Positions 13,301-28,045 of a stretch of DNA of 64,000 nucleotides are shown one piece after another. This DNA is from Felis catus. Its lineage: Eukaryota. The notes under the pieces were generated by a model. The model was not told the origin of the DNA and ran no database searches. It was given only the letters and a program-made list of their open reading frames with translations. The DNA is taken from contig NC_058368.1 of the NCBI RefSeq assembly GCF_018350175.1, forward strand, positions 213,220,001 through 213,284,000, written 5' to 3'. A program made the position numbers and the translations under genes. Every line of letters begins with the position of its first letter. The stretch's first letter is position 1.

Positions 13301-16300
13301 AGTTATTGCTAAAATTTTTTGGAGTTTTCTCACTCAACTGCCACCCCCACCCCCATCTTCTGTCTAGAGAACCAAGTTGGGAGCTACATGGAGAGTTGCC
13401 CAAGGCCTGCAATTTCTTGGAAAGTTCTTTCACTGACCTTTTCCTCTGTTTTTGGTTGAAGCTGTTACATTTTTGCTTGGGTGGTATGTGTTGTAACATA
13501 TTTCTTAATCATGTTTTGGGCCAGAGATGGTGAAGTTTGGGTTTGTGCTGTCACCTTAAGCAAAGAGTAACTTTTCTTGATTTCATAAAAGAAATTTGAA
13601 ATTTTTTATGAACTTTATTATCTTTAGTTTTATTTAGCATTCAGATTATTTGAGTAAATCTTTAAGTAACAGTGCCTGCTTTTAGGCTTTCATTTACCAC
13701 TACAGTGAGTACTGAAATGGTACTTTGCCTTCAGAGTAGTTCTTTTGTCCTAAACCCATGGTGATGAAGTAAAGAAAAGACAGCTGTTGTCAGGTTGGCC
13801 TGGCATCAGTGTTGCTATGTGGTATCTCAACCTCTTTTAGAATGGTATACCTCTATAATGGTATACTATGGTATAATTTACAAAGGACATATGATTATTT
13901 TTTTAATGTTTATTATATATTATATTTATGAACAGTATATATGAAGTTAAGGAATATTTTATAAAAAGAATAACCTGTCACAACATAGATGAACCTCCAA
14001 AATACTGTGTTAAGTGAAGGAAGCCTTAGACACAAAAGGTCACATTATGTGATTACATTTGTGTGAAATATCCAGAATAAACAAATACATACAGACAGAA
14101 TGCACATTGATGGGCTTCCAGAGACATGGGGGGAAAGAGGAAATGGGAGAAACTACTTAATGGATAAGAAGTTTTACTCTGAAATTATGGCAATGTTTTG
14201 AATTAGAGGTGTTAGTTGCACAACATAGTGAATTATTCACTTTAAAGTACTTGATTTTATATTATGTGACTTTTACCTTACTTTTTAAAAACTTGTATGT
14301 ATTTATTTTTGAGAGCAAGTGGGTGAGGGGCAGAGAGGGAGAGAGAGAATCCCAAGCAGGCCCTGTGCTGTTGGCACAGAGCCTAACACGAGGCTCAAAC
14401 TCATGAACCATGAGATTGACTGGAACCAAGATCAAGAGTTAGATGCTTAACTGACAGAACCACCCAGGCGTCCTGAATTTTACCTCACTTCTTTTTTTTA
14501 TTTAAAAAAAAAATTCTTTTTTTAAACGTTTATTCATTTTTGAGAAACAGAGCACACAAACGGGGGTGAGGCAGAGAGAGGGAGACACAGAATATGAAGC
14601 GGGTTCCAGGCTCTGAGCTGTCAGCACAGAGCCTGATGAGGGGCTCAAACTCACAAACCATGAGATCATGACCCAAGGCAAAGTCTGATGCTTAACCGAC
14701 TGAGCTACCCAGGTGCCCCTACCTCACTTTTTAAAAGAATGATCTGCCAAATGTTAAAGGACAGTTCTCAAAGAGGCTGAGGGAACTGCCGTAATTCTTC
14801 TGCTTTGTGCTCAAATAGCAGTTGAAATATGTGATTATTTCTTTCTACATATTTTGTTGTGTTTTTTCCCAAGAATATAAGTAATTTAGATTTTAGTGGT
14901 GGTGGCTTATAGTAAGAGAGTTCCTATCACTTTTTTCTTTTTAAGTAATCTTTACACCCGACATGGGGTTTGATCAAACTCGCCATCCTAAAATCAAGAG
15001 TCAAATCCTCTACTGGCTGAGCCAGCCAGGTGCCCCCTGCCTGTAACTTTTAGAACCAGTGAAGAGTTTTTAAATGATAGGACACTGACATTCAGGGCGA
15101 AGAAATAACATTGTCTTAGCTTGTAAAAGAATCAGCAAATTACACTTGAAGGGTATTGTCTCATTCACCTTAGTTTAAAAATAATAATGTAGCACTTAGC
15201 TACTACCCCCCAACAAAAACCATCTACTCAAACCATCTACACATGTACCCCCTAATCACCAAAAGCTGTAAAAAAATTATTCTCACAAGACATGACAATT
15301 TTTACCAAGAATTGTTGAGTCTGAAATGAGGTGTTACTGCATAAATGTAATACAAAAATACAATATCCTGCAAATGGACATGGGAATGAAAGTCTGTCAT
15401 GCATGTATCAATATTAACCTGTGTCAACTAGAATATAGAAATGGATTTTGTGTATACAGTTGCTTGTTGTAAATGATATTCATAAAGTCCTATTTTATTA
15501 TTACTAACATCTTCATCTGTCAAATGGGAATAATAGTCCTATCTGCCCCTAAAAGGTGATTGTGGGAATTTACATTGGTTAATGTACATAAGAGCTTAGA
15601 ATAGTGCTTAGTTTATAATAAGCACTCAGTAAGCATTAGTTTTAATAAAGAGGATAACTACTATTATTTCTGTTATATAACCAGACTTCCTAGTGTTAGA
15701 TTGTGCTTACATTAAATATAATAGCCCTATTGTAAATCTTTGAGCTTGTCAGTTGTATGCTAAAAAAGGGTTTACCCGTTTACTTTGCCACCAAATGAAA
15801 GTATCTGTGTTCTCACAGTCTCAGAAGATGTTTTTTTAAGTCAGTGGAACACTTGGCTGGCTCAGTCAGTGGAATGTGTGACTTAGAGTTGTGGTTGTGA
15901 GTTTGGACCCCACATTGGGTGTAGAGACTACGTAAAATCTTTTAGGGAGGCCTAGGTGGCTCAGTTGGTTGGGTATCTGACTATTGATCTCAAGTCTTGA
16001 TCCCAAGGTTCTGAGTTCAAGCCCCATATTGGGCTCCACACTAGGTATGAAGCCTGCTTAATTAATTAAATCTTTAAAAAGGAAAGAAACTAATATCCAA
16101 GGAAACTAGTTAACTGGTCTGGATCACCCATTGATAAAGGATATACATTGCAATATAGTTGTGGTTTTTAAAAACAAAAACATTTTAAATCAGACCTGGG
16201 TTCAAATCTCAACCTAATTTTTACAGTTTTAGCTGCATAACCTTGGACAAGTTATTTAACGTCTTTAAGATTTCCCCCCCAGTCTTTAAAATTCAGGTAT

Positions 16301-16947
16301 AGTAGCATCTAGTTATGAGGATTAAATTAAATTATGCATTTAAAGTGCTTATTAGCACGTGGGACACCTGTGTGGTTCAGTCGGTTAAGCATCCAACTTC
16401 GGCTCCGGTCATGATCTCACCTTTGGTAGGTTCAAGTTCCGCATCTGGCTGTGTGCTAACAGCTCAGAGCCTAGAGCCTGCTTCACATTCTGTGTCTCCC
16501 TCTCCCTCTGCCCCTCCCCTACTTGGGTGCACGCGCTCTCTCTCTCTCGCTCTCGCTCTCTCTCACAAAAATAAATATGGGCGTATGGTGGCTCAGTTGG
16601 TTAAGTGACCGACTTCGTCTCAGGTCATGATTTCACAGTTTGTGGGTTCAAGCCCCATGTGGGGCTCTGTGCTGAACACTTGACCGGAGCCTGGAGCCTG
16701 CTTCAGATTCTGTGTCTCCTTCTCTCTCTGCCCCTCCCCCGCTTGTGCTCTGTCTCACCCTCTCAAAAATAAACAAACTTAAAAAAATTATTTTTAAATA
16801 AACATTTAGAAAAATAAAAATAAAGTGCTTAGCATAAAAAATAAAGTGCTTAGCATGGTGCTTGCCACATTGTAAGCCTAATTAGTACAACTAGAGATGA
16901 GAAGGAAAAATAGGCTTCATAAGTGGTTTGGGTTACGGGGCAAATAA

Positions 16948-17420
16948 TTTTTTTTTTTTTAAACAATACACCAAAGAAACATGCAATACTGCCAGCATTG
17001 GATGAAATCCTGGGCCACAAGTCTGCACACTCTTTGGCAGCTCCTCCTGTGATAGCAGAACCTATCATTTCACCTTTATTGTTTACTGTGACCCTTCTGT
17101 TATCTTCAAAATAGAAAAACACACCATCTTTTCTCTGGTATGACCTTCCTTGACAAATTACCAGTGCTGGTTGTACCTTCTTTCTGAACTCTGGTTTGCC
17201 TTTCTTCACTGTGGCCATCACCATGTCACCCACAACAGCAGTGAAAAGTCTGTTCAGTCGTTGCTTGATCTCCTTCACAGAGATGATACACGGTTTTTTG
17301 GTTCCTGTGTTGTCAGCACAGTTGATCATGGCTCCTACTAGAAGACCTAGGGAAATCCAGAATTTCACACTGAAGGACCCACCACATCCTCACTTCAACA
17401 TCTTGAATGCCAGAAAGGAA
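16948..17420 (-). pseudogene. RPL23: RPL23 (uL14) processed pseudogene
   Basis: ATG at 17401: [19 protein letters not shown]...[17 protein letters not shown], colinear over 423 nt with the 140-aa protein. TGA at codon 4, native stop changed to TGT, pyrimidine-rich leader TTCCTTTCT, A-run downstream, no introns. Confidence 0.95.
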
Positions 17421-17910
17421 CCCATGAGTGTATGTGTGTAAAAGTTTGTTTATTTATTTTGAGAGAGGGAGTGAACAAGCAAGCAGGGGAGAGGCAGAGA
17501 GAGGGAATCCCATGTAGGCTTTGCGATATCAGCACAGAGCCTGATGCGGGGCTTGAACTCATGAGTCATGAGATCATGGCCTGACTTGAAACCAAGAGTC
17601 AGACACTTAACTGACTAAGCTGCCCAGGAGCCCCTCCCCCCACAAGTGGCTTTTAAAGCAAATATTAAAATTGTAGATCTCAAATCATTTAATATGGAGA
17701 GCTTTTCTCTCTCCATAGCTTCAGCTACCAAGATTCATTATAATCTAAATATTATTTCTCTTGATTCTGTTCATCTTTAATGTTTACTTTTTACTTTCAA
17801 ATGCATACATCTCAGAGTTTATAAACCACGTGCATACTATTTTTGTTGCTTTCCCAACTATAGACATTTGCTTAGAAAATAACCATGTTCTGAAGAAAAT
17901 TAATATTTTT

Positions 17911-18133
17911 TATTTTTTATTTTTTTTATTTTTTTAACGTTTTTATTTTATTTTTGAGACAGAGACAGCATGAACAGGGGAGGGTCAGCGAGAGGGAGAC
18001 ACAGAATCTGAAACAGGCTCCAGGCTCTGAGCTGTCAGCACAGAGCCTGACGCGGGGCTCGAACTCACAGACCACGAGATCATGACCTGAACCGAAGTCG
18101 GCCGCTTAACCGACTGAGCCACCCAGGCGCCCC
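17911..18133 (-). mobile_element. Can-SINE
   Basis: Full length; TSD GAAAATTAATATTTTT at 17895 and 18134. Confidence 0.92.
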
Positions 18134-18459
18134 GAAAATTAATATTTTTAAATTGCTTGCTTCATATCAAATGATGTCAGAAGGCAGATCGTTGACCTAG
18201 TTTTATTGTGGGTATTTATATATTGACTTTGGTTTTCCACAAGTAATTTATTTCCTTCTTGGTTTTTAATTAGTCTATACCTTTATTTGCAAGTATAAAT
18301 CATAAATCCTCACTTTTCAAGGTTAATAAGTAGATTTTGATAAAACTTTGAATTACTTGAAACACACCCTGTGTCTTGACATACCAAGACTACAGCTGAT
18401 TATTTAATACTTTTTTTCTCTTAACATTTTCTAAAAGTACTTATTAAAAGTGTGAGGTA

Positions 18460-19123
18460 CAGTTGACCCTTGAACAATGTAGGGGTTAGGGGCACCAATC
18501 CCCACACAGTTAAAAATTCGTGTACAACTTTTGACTGCCCAAAAACTTAACTACTAATAGCCTGCTCTTCATAGGAAGCTTCACAAATAACACAGTCCAT
18601 TAACACATTTTGTATGTTGTATATATTACATTCTTTGTTCTTATAGTAATGCCTAACTTTTCTTAAATTCTTTTGATATATCAAGGCTACATTCATCTTG
18701 TTGTTGTCATTAATGTTGATGTTATTTATTTTGAGAGAGCGAGCGGGGAAGGGGCAGAGAATCCCAGGCAGGCTCCCCACCCAGCATGGAACCCAACACA
18801 GGGCTCAATCCCATGACCATGAGATCATGACCCAAGCCGATAACAAGAGTCAGATGCTCAACTGACCGAGCCACTGAGGTGCCCCTCATCTGTCTTTTCA
18901 AATTAACACAAATGTCCAAAATATTGTCCTACTTATTTATTAAAGATTTTTATTTTTAAGTGATCTCCACACTTAATGTAGGACTCAAACTCACAACCCT
19001 GAGATCAAGAGCATGCTTTACTGCCTGAGCCAGCCTGGTACCCGTCTAAAATATTTATTTTTACAAAATCCATGTATTGGTGAACCCACACCAGTCAAAC
19101 ACATGTTATTCAAGGGTCACCTA
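18460..19123 (+). mobile_element. Tigger2a-like non-autonomous DNA transposon with two nested SINEs
   Basis: TIRs CAGTTGACCCTTGAACAA ... TTATTCAAGGGTCACCT flanked by TA. Internal AAAACTTAACTACTAATAGCC fits the recalled Tigger2 consensus. Confidence 0.8.
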
Positions 19124-20539
19124 TATTTGTGAAAGCTGCATATTTTGTAACTCAGTGTTGTATTTTGAGCACAGCATCAGGAATTTTGATAATTACCACC
19201 TTTAATTTCTCTTATGACCAGGACTGTTCTCACATTATTTTCAAAAGCATTTTGTTTCCTAAACATTTATTGAGTAATTTCTACATGTTGGCTACTTATG
19301 CTAGGCACAGGAGTTCAAAATAAATGACATTGATCTTCTCAATGATTTCACAGTCTGTTGAACATCTTAAAATAGTACTTGATTTGTCTAAAAAAGGAGA
19401 GCCATTTATTACACATTCATAGAGTTGTCTGAGTAACTGAAGCTGATTCCTTAGAATTCTCAAAAATTTTTTAGGTTTATTTTTATTTATTTTGAGAGAG
19501 AATAGAGAGCAAGTGGGGGAGGGACAGAGAGAGGGAGAGAAAGAATCCCAAGCAGGCTCCTTGCTCTCAGCTCAGAGCCCAATGTGGGGCTTGAACTCCC
19601 AAACCGTGAGATCATGACGTGAGCTGAAGTCAGGCTCTTAACTGACTGAGCCATGCCACCCAGCCACCCCTAAAATTCTAAAAATTTCTAAATGACAATC
19701 TTTAAACAAAATGCTTGAACATCTTCCTGCATTCTTCTGAGTAAACTGAACCATCTTAATTTTTTTCATTGTGATTTGCATTTATCATATGACCATTCAT
19801 TATTTTCATTTCTGTTAATCAGTGTCTCATGCTGCTGGCTATTATTTTTGTACCTGTTAATTGTGTACTGTCTCTTTAAATTTCCAACTCTCTTATAATT
19901 TATTCCTAATTTGTTTGAGGCTACTTCTCCACATGTCCAGACTTTTTAGTTATTGCTATTTAAAGATCTGACTAATGCAGGGGCACCTGGGTAGCTCAGT
20001 TGGTTGGGCATCTGACTTCAGCTCAGGTCATGATCTTGCAGTCTGAGTTCAAGCCCCACGTCGGGCTCTGCGCTGACAGCTCAGAGGCTGGAACCTGCTT
20101 CAGATTCTGTCTCCATCTCTCTCTGCCCCTCCCCTGCTCTCACTGTGTCTCTGTCTCTCAAAAATAAAATTAAAACATTTTTAAAATTTTTTTAAAAAAT
20201 CTGACTAATGCAGCGCCTGGGTGGCTCAGTTAAGCCTCCGACTCTGCTCAGGTCCTGATCTCACTGTTCACGAGTTCTTGGGCTCTGTGCTGATAGCTCA
20301 GATCCTGGAGCCTGCTTCACATTCTGTGTCTCCCTCTCTCTCTCTCTTTGCCCTTCCCCTCTTTGCACTCTGTCTCTCTCAAAAATAAATAAAAACATTA
20401 TAAAAAAAAAAAACAATCTGACTAATGGTCTTAGGGTGAATAGGTTGATATGGTAAATCTCAGATTATATAACTTCATAAGCATTTTAGGTACACAAAAA
20501 TAGATTCTGACTAAGGTATTTTCAGCTTCATTATTTTTG

Positions 20540-21605
20540 TTTTGTTTTGATTTTTTTCTTTTTTTTATTAATTTTTTTTTAATTTACATCCAAATTAGTT
20601 AGCATATAGTGCAACAGTGATTTCAGGAGTAGATTCCTTAGTGCCCCTTGCCCATTTTGCCCATCCCCCCTCCCACAACCCCTCCAGCAACCCTCTGTAT
20701 GTTCTCCATATTTAAGAGTCTCTTCTGTTATGTTCCCCTCCCTGTTTTTATATTATTTTTGCTTCCCTTCCCTTATGTTCATATGTTTTGTATCTTAAAG
20801 TCCTCATATGAGTGAAGTCATATGATATTTGTCCTTCTCTGACTGACAAATTTTGCTTAGCATAATACCCTCTAGTTCCATCTATGTAGTTGCAAATGGC
20901 AAGACTTTATTCTTTTTGATTGCCGAGTAATACTTCATTGTATATATATATATACCACGTCTTCTTTATCCATTCATCCATCGATGGACAGTTGGGCTCT
21001 TTCCATACTTTGGCTATTGTTGATAGTGCTGCTGTAAACATTGGGGTGCACGTGTCCCTTTGAAACAGCACACCTGTATCCCTTGGATACATACCTGGTA
21101 GTGCAGTTGCTGGGTCATAGGGTAGTTCTGTTTTTAGTTTTTTGAGGAACCTCCATACTGTTTTCCAGAGTGGCTGCACCAGCTTGCATTGCTACCAACA
21201 ATGCAAAAGAGATCCTCTTTCTCTGCATCCTAGCCAACATCAGTTGTTGCCTGAGTTGTTAATGTTAGCCATTCTGACAGGTGTGAGGTGGTATCTCATT
21301 GTGGTTTTGATTTGTATTTCCCTGATGGTGAGTGATGTTGAGCATTTTTTCATGCGTCAGTTGGCCATCCAGATGTCTTCTTTGGAGAAGTGTCTATTCA
21401 TGTCTTTTGCCCATTTCTTCACTGGATTATTTGTTTTTTGGGTGTTGAGTTTGATAAGTTCTTTATAGATTTTGGATACTAACCCTTTATCTGCTATGTC
21501 GTTTGCAAATATCTTCTCCCATTCCATCAGTTGCCTTTTAGTTTTGCTGATTGTCTCCTTCGCTGTGCAGAAGCTTTTTGTTTTGATGAGGTTCCAGTAA
21601 TTCAT
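20540..21605 (-). mobile_element. 5'-truncated carnivore LINE-1 (ORF2 C-terminus, 3' UTR, poly(A))
   Basis: Minus-strand peptides [10 protein letters not shown]...[22 protein letters not shown] and [23 protein letters not shown]...CTPMFTAALSTIAKVWKEPNCPS. T-rich tail at the left; TTCATTAT on both flanks. Confidence 0.92.
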
Positions 21606-22639
21606 TCATTATCATTTTTTTAATGTTTATTTGTTTTGAGAGACAGCAAGTGGGAGAGGGGTGGAGAGAGAGAATCTCAAGCAGGCTCCATGCTGTCAGC
21701 ACAGAGTCCAGCGCACGCTTGATCTCAGGAAGCTTGAGATCATGCCCTGAGCCAAAATCAAGAGCCAGATGTTCAACCAACTGAGCCACCCAGGTGCCCC
21801 AGCTTCATTATCATTTTAAGGATTTTATTGTAGTTTTAATCTGTTTAGTTTCTTTGAATATTGTATTGGTGGTCATACTTTTTTAAATTTCAGTAAAAAC
21901 TATCACAAAATGCAAAAGGCCATATTTTATATTTGTTCCATTTGTGTGAAATGTCCAGAAAGACAAATCTGTAGAAATAAAAAGTGGTTTACTGGTTGCC
22001 AGGGGTTGGAGGAAAGGGAAATGGATAATGATAGCTGGTGGATATGGAGGTTTTTTGCGGGGGTTGGGTGGAGGTGATGCAGTATTCTGGAATTAGACAG
22101 TGATTATGGTTGAACAACTTTGTAAGTATACTGAAAACCACTGAATTATACTCTTTAAAAGAATGGATCTTATGTGAATTATATCTCAAGTTTTAAAATC
22201 TAAATTAAAGCAAATTTTCTAATAGACCATTCAAACCATATTCTGAAGTGGTTTCTTTCTAAATCTATACTTTTACTTTTGTCTTTTATTCATTGGTTTA
22301 GATTTTGAGTCTCTCAGATGTAATTTATTTATAGTGAAGGCATAATTTGTATTTTCCTTAGGGATAATATAAGTGCAGTTGTGCATTAAATGAAAATTTA
22401 GATAATCTACATTGTTTTTAAAAGAAAAAACAAGTCCTCTTTACTTGAGATATTGATCTACTCTAACTGTAGGTATTAAGGAACAAACATGTGAGCCCTA
22501 AATATCTAAAGAATTTTAAGGACTGTCATTTTAATAGGAAAGACCAGCAATACTTAAAACTAAAAACAAACCAAACTCTATTAATTTATTTTGCATTTTT
22601 CTTCATTAAGCATAAATTATAATATCTTTTTAAAGTGTA

Positions 22640-22846
22640 GGGGCACCTGGGTGGCTCAGTCGGTTAAGCGGCTGACTTCGGCTCAGGTCATGATCTCGCG
22701 GTCCGTGAGTTCGAGCCCCGCGTCGGGCTCTGTGCTGACAGCTCAGAGCCTGGAGCCTGTTTCAGATTCAGTGTCTCCCTCTCTCTGACCCTCCCCTGTT
22801 CATGCTCTGTCTCTCCCTGTCTCAAAAATTAAAAAAAATAAATAGA
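22640..22846 (+). mobile_element. Can-SINE
   Basis: Full length; TSD TAAAGTGTA. Confidence 0.9.
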
Positions 22847-23081
22847 TAAAGTGTAAATTGTATATTGCCTCATGAGTTTTGTTTTCATTACTTGTTTTAT
22901 TTCATTTTGATTGTTTTTATATTTAATTTTCTGTTTTTGTGATTTGTTCTATGTAACGTTTTCAGTATTTAAAACTTTTAACAGCAACTTAATAAGTAAT
23001 TTTTCATTCTGATGTTTGAAAATGAGTAATTCCTTTGGTCTGTAAGTTATTAAACACAGTTTTTATTTTTTTTATTTTTAG

Positions 23082-23234
<153 letters not shown>

Positions 23235-23301
23235 TGAATAATAACTCTTTCTTTTACAAATGGATAATGCTAATGCCTTTTTTTCTCTATGGTGATTGTA
23301 G

Positions 23302-23399
23302 GTAGTCCTGGACTTCTGGATCCTTGTGAGAAGGATCCATTTGATACCTTGGCAACAATGACTGACCAACAGCGTGAAGACATCACTTCCAGTGCACAG
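23302..23399 (+). CDS. ZFR: ZFR penultimate exon (probable exon 19), 98 nt
   Basis: Follows a 108-nt intron; TGTAG acceptor, CAG|GTACCA donor. Encodes (G)[32 protein letters not shown]; phases fit both neighbours. Confidence 0.95.
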
Positions 23400-23458
23400 G
23401 TACCAGTGTATTCCTAATCCCAAAGTTTTGTTGGGTCACTGCCCTTAAGGTTTTTTGT

Positions 23459-23460
<2 letters not shown>

Positions 23461-23520
<60 letters not shown>
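23461..23520. repeat. (TG)30 microsatellite
   Basis: Perfect dinucleotide run about 60 nt downstream of the donor at 23400. Confidence 0.97.
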
Positions 23521-23524
<4 letters not shown>

Positions 23525-23759
23525 TAATGTTCATTTTATTTTTATTTTTGAGAGAGAAGGAGGGACAGAGAGGGAAAATCCCAAGTAGGCTTCGCACTGT
23601 TAGTGCTGAGCCCTATGCGGAGCTTGAACTAACTAACCATAAGATCATGACCTGAGCCAAAACCAGAGTCCGATGTTTAACTGACTGAGCCACCCAGGTG
23701 CCCCAAAGTTTTATCTTTTTTGTAATTGTCCTTTAGAAATCATTGTATAGTATTTTTTT

Positions 23760-23916
23760 TTCTTTTCAAGTTTTTAAATTCTAATTAGTTGGGGCGTCTG
23801 GGTGGCTCAGTCATTTTAGTACCCAGCTCTTCATTTCAGCTCAGGTCATGATCCCAGAGTCATGGTATTGAGCCCCATGGCAGTATTAATGCTGAGTGTA
23901 GAGTCTGCTTAAGAGT

Positions 23917-23957
<41 letters not shown>

Positions 23958-23967
23958 CCCGTCCCCT

Positions 23968-24008
<41 letters not shown>

Positions 24009-24400
24009 TAAAAAATAAGTAAATAAACACACACAGATAAATTCTAGTTAGTTACCATACAGTAAAATATTGGTTTCAGGAATAGAATTCAGTGATTCAT
24101 TACTGACATATGACACCCAGTGCTCATCATAAGTGCCTTCCTAGTACCCATCACCATCTACCACCCACCTTCCTCCATCAACGTTCAGTTTGTTGTCTAT
24201 CTTTGTCTTTTTATGTTTCGTTTCCCTCTCTCTTTTTTTTTCCTCCCATATGTTCGTCTTCTTCGTTTCTTAAATTCCACATATAAATGAAATCATATGG
24301 TATTTATCTTTCTCTGACTGACTCTAGCTCCATCCATGTTGCAAATGGCAAGGTTTCATTCTTTTTTTTATACTTTAGAACTTTTTCCTTAATGTTTATT

Positions 24401-24437
<37 letters not shown>

Positions 24438-24643
24438 TCACACACAGGAGCAGGGGAGGGGCAGAGAGAGAGAGAGAGAGAGAGCGAGCGCACGCGCCAG
24501 GATCCGAAGCAGGCTCCACACATCCAGTTGAGGTTCGAACTCAGCAACCGTGAGATGACCTGAGCTGAAACAAGTGTCGGATGCTTAACTGACTGAGCCA
24601 CCCAGGGTCCCCAAAGATTTCATTCTCTTTGATTGCTCTCTCT

Positions 24644-24699
<56 letters not shown>

Positions 24700-25149
24700 T
24701 GTTTATATATACATAATGTGCATGTGTGGGTATTTATCAGTCAGTGGACATTTGAGCTTTCTCCATAGTTTGGCTTTTGGTTAATAATGATGCTGTAAAC
24801 ATCAGGGTGCCTGTACCCCTTCGAATTGTTTTTTGGTTGTTGTATCCTTTCTGTAAATACTTAGTAGTACAATTGCTGAGTTATAAGGTAGTTCTATTTT
24901 TAAGTTTTGGGGAACCTCTATAGTTTTTCCGAGTGGCTGCACAAGTTTGTATTCCCACCAACAGTGTAAGAGGGTTCCCCTTTCTCCACATCTCACCAAC
25001 ACCTGTTGTTTCTTGTGTTGTTAATTTTAGCCATTCTGACAGGTGTGAGGTGCTATCTTATTGTGGCTTTGATTTGTATTTCCCTGATGATGAGTGATGT
25101 TGAGTATCTTTTCATGTGTCAGTTAGTCAATAGGATGTCTTCTTTGGGA
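23760..25149 (-). mobile_element. 5'-truncated LINE-1 with two nested SINEs and a (TG)n tract
   Basis: ORF2 C-terminal peptide [39 protein letters not shown] at 23744 and 25150. Confidence 0.88.
24635..24697. repeat. Compound (CT)n(GT)n microsatellite inside L1
   Basis: Read directly. Confidence 0.93.
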
Positions 25150-27179
25150 TGTATAGTATTTTTTTGTGCTTCTTTAGTAAGCCCTTGGAGGAGATATAAT
25201 TTAAACTAGATTTCGCTAATATAATCTTAACTGCATTATTTTAACTATAATTTATATGTCTAAGTAAGTATATTATATAAATCTAAAATACCTCTGTATT
25301 TTCAGTGTCTTATTAAATCTGAATATTAGGTTATATATCATGATCAGTTTAGGAACTGTTTATGTCCTCTGGTTTTAAGAAGTGATGTGCTGTGTGGTTT
25401 TTGGTAGTTATTCCTATAATTTAGCCTCCCCTGCCACTGGAAAGGCTGTCTAATGTAGTTAATTAAAAATGTAGTCTCTGGAGTCAAGACTCTCTAGGTT
25501 TGAATATAAGCTCTTCCATCTTATCTATAAAACAAAGACCAAAGCAGTATCTGTCTCAAGCAGGATTTGGGGGAGGATTAAATGAGTTAATGTGTATAAC
25601 TATTAACTGTATCTGATATATGGAAGGATCATAATAAATGTTAGCTATTATCAGTTAACAGTTTTATTAGAAGAATTATGGAAAGGAAAAACTGTGTGAA
25701 CCTAATGGAAAAAAAAAGTCTAAAACTCCTATAACTTTCCTTTTTTTTATTCCAAAATTGTACTAAGGGGAGAAAAGGCAACTAGCTATGAACAGAAATA
25801 CTTCACTCTAAGATATTAAGTTGTTGCGCTTAAGTTCTTGATTTGTGGTCTCTTCTGGCAAGGGTAATTTAGAATTTGAAAGATGTTAAGATTAAATTGT
25901 GTCAAAAGTATATTAAGGGGTAATTGGTAGTAATAGAACCTTATGATTATCTTACAGACTTTATACGATTACTAATTCGTGTGTATTAGACAAGTTTTGT
26001 TTTTATTTCTCTGGGTTTAATTTTTTTGGGATGAAGATGGTTACCCTAAGTGGCTTTCTTTCTTCCTTGGTACTTAAAGAAGGAATTACTTACAAATTCT
26101 AAGGGAAATGAAATTTACGGTTGGGAACAGGGCATTCGAAAACGAATAGAATTCACTTTTGAAAGGCACTTTTTTTGTTTAAACGTGACTTCGAAGAAAG
26201 TGGTCTGACTTTAGGAGGTAGTGACAGATGTCCTTGTTAATAGTGAAGGAGTTAATTGCATTATTCCATTTCTGTAACATTCATAAAGTAACATAAATAC
26301 AGAGATGGAGAACAGAGTAGTGTTTCCTAGGAGTTTGGGATGGGGGTAGGGATTGTTACAAGAAAGGGAGTCTTACAGTGATGGCACAGTTTAATATCTT
26401 TTTTTTTTTTTAATGTTTGTTTATTTTTGAGAGACAGAGAGAGACAGAGCATGAGTGGGGAAGGAGCAGAGAGAGAGGGAGACACAGAATCTGATGCAGG
26501 CTCCAGGCTCTGAGATGTTGGCACAGAGCCCGACACAGGGCTCGAACTCACGAACCGTGAGATCATGACCTGAGCCAGAACCAAGAGTCCGACACTTAAC
26601 TGACTGAGCCACCCAGGCGCCCCTAAAGTTTATTTTTTGAAAGAGAGCGTGCACAGTTGTGCACGTGAGCAGGGGAGGGACAGAGTGATTGAGGGAGAGA
26701 GAGAATCAATCCAAGCAGGCTCCACACTGACAGCACAGAGCCTGATGCAGGGCTCAAACTCAAGAACCATGACTGGAGCCAAAACCAAGAGTCAGACTCT
26801 TAATCGACTGAGCCACCTGGGCGCCCTATGGTAGAAATGTATTAATATTCATTATTGTATACCAGGTATCTTGGATATTTTCTGTTAATACAGAAAAAAA
26901 TTACTCTGTTTATCTTTCATAAGTCTCTCTCAGAGAATTTGTATTCTGTTATGGTAAATATTCCTAGTTCTGGCTTCAGAAAGTTGCCTTATAGCTTAAA
27001 GGAGATAGAGAAGCACCCACTACTGGTGAAAATCCAGAATTACAAACTAAATAGAATACCTTATCAAGTCCTTATGAACACAGATGATTTGGGGACTTTT
27101 AGGATTTCAAAAGCCAATATAATGTGGCACAAAGTTCTAAGGAACTGAAATTGTATAATTGGGGAAAGTTTTAGAATAG

Positions 27180-27800
27180 TAAATTCTCACACAGATGACT
27201 ATAACCAACAACTGTATCTCAGCTGAAGAAAATCAACAGGTATTAAAAATATTCTCAATAGCAGCCATTTGGAAAACAGACTCCGAGGTATATTCCCAAG
27301 ACAACTGAAAACATGTCCACACAAAAACTTGTACAGGAATGTTCGTAGCAACATTATGCATAATAGCTAAAAAGTGGAGACATCCCAAATGCCCATCAAC
27401 TGGTAAATGAATAAACAAATACAGTATATATTCTGTACAGTGGAATATTATTTAGTCATTTAAAGGAATGAAGTACTGATACATGCTATAACATGGATTA
27501 ACCTTAAAAACCTTATTAAGTGAAAGAAGTCAGACACAAAGCTATATAATGTAGGAGTCCATTTATATGAAATGTCCACAGTCTGCAAATCATAGAAAAG
27601 CGGATTAGTGGTTGTCACTACCTAAGGGTGAAGGGGTTGAGGAATGACTGCCATTGAGTCATAGTTTTGCGGGGGGGGGGGGGGGGAGTTTGTGAAAATG
27701 TTCTGAAATCAGTGGTTATGGTTGAACAACTTTGTTAAGTATACTAAAAAACACTGTACATTTTAGAAGGGTGATTCTTAGGATATGTTAATTATATCTC
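27180..27800 (+). mobile_element. Old L1M 3'-end fragment
   Basis: ACATGTCCACACAAAAACTTGTACAGGAATGTTC...CCCAAATGCCCATCAACTGG...AAGGAATGAAGTACTGATACATGC...TATATCTCAA. Similar fragments at about 13970-14280 and 21900-22190. Confidence 0.75.
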
Positions 27801-27986
27801 AAAAAAATAGTCTGGGGTGCCTGGGTGACTCCGTCAGTTAAGCTTCCCACTCTTGGTTTCAGCTCAGCTCATGATCTCACGGTAGTGAGTTTAAGGTCCA
27901 AGTCATCAGGTTCTGCACTGACAGCGCAGAATCTGCTTGAGATTCTCTGTCTCCCTCTCTCTCTGCCCCTTCCCTATTCATGTGTG

Positions 27987-28045
<59 letters not shown>

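Noticed and set aside
16850..17368. 172-aa RPL23-like ORF as a functional gene
   Set aside because: The true ATG (17401) is followed by TGA at codon 4, the ORF starts at a GTG, and it reads through a mutated stop into the A-run and flank.
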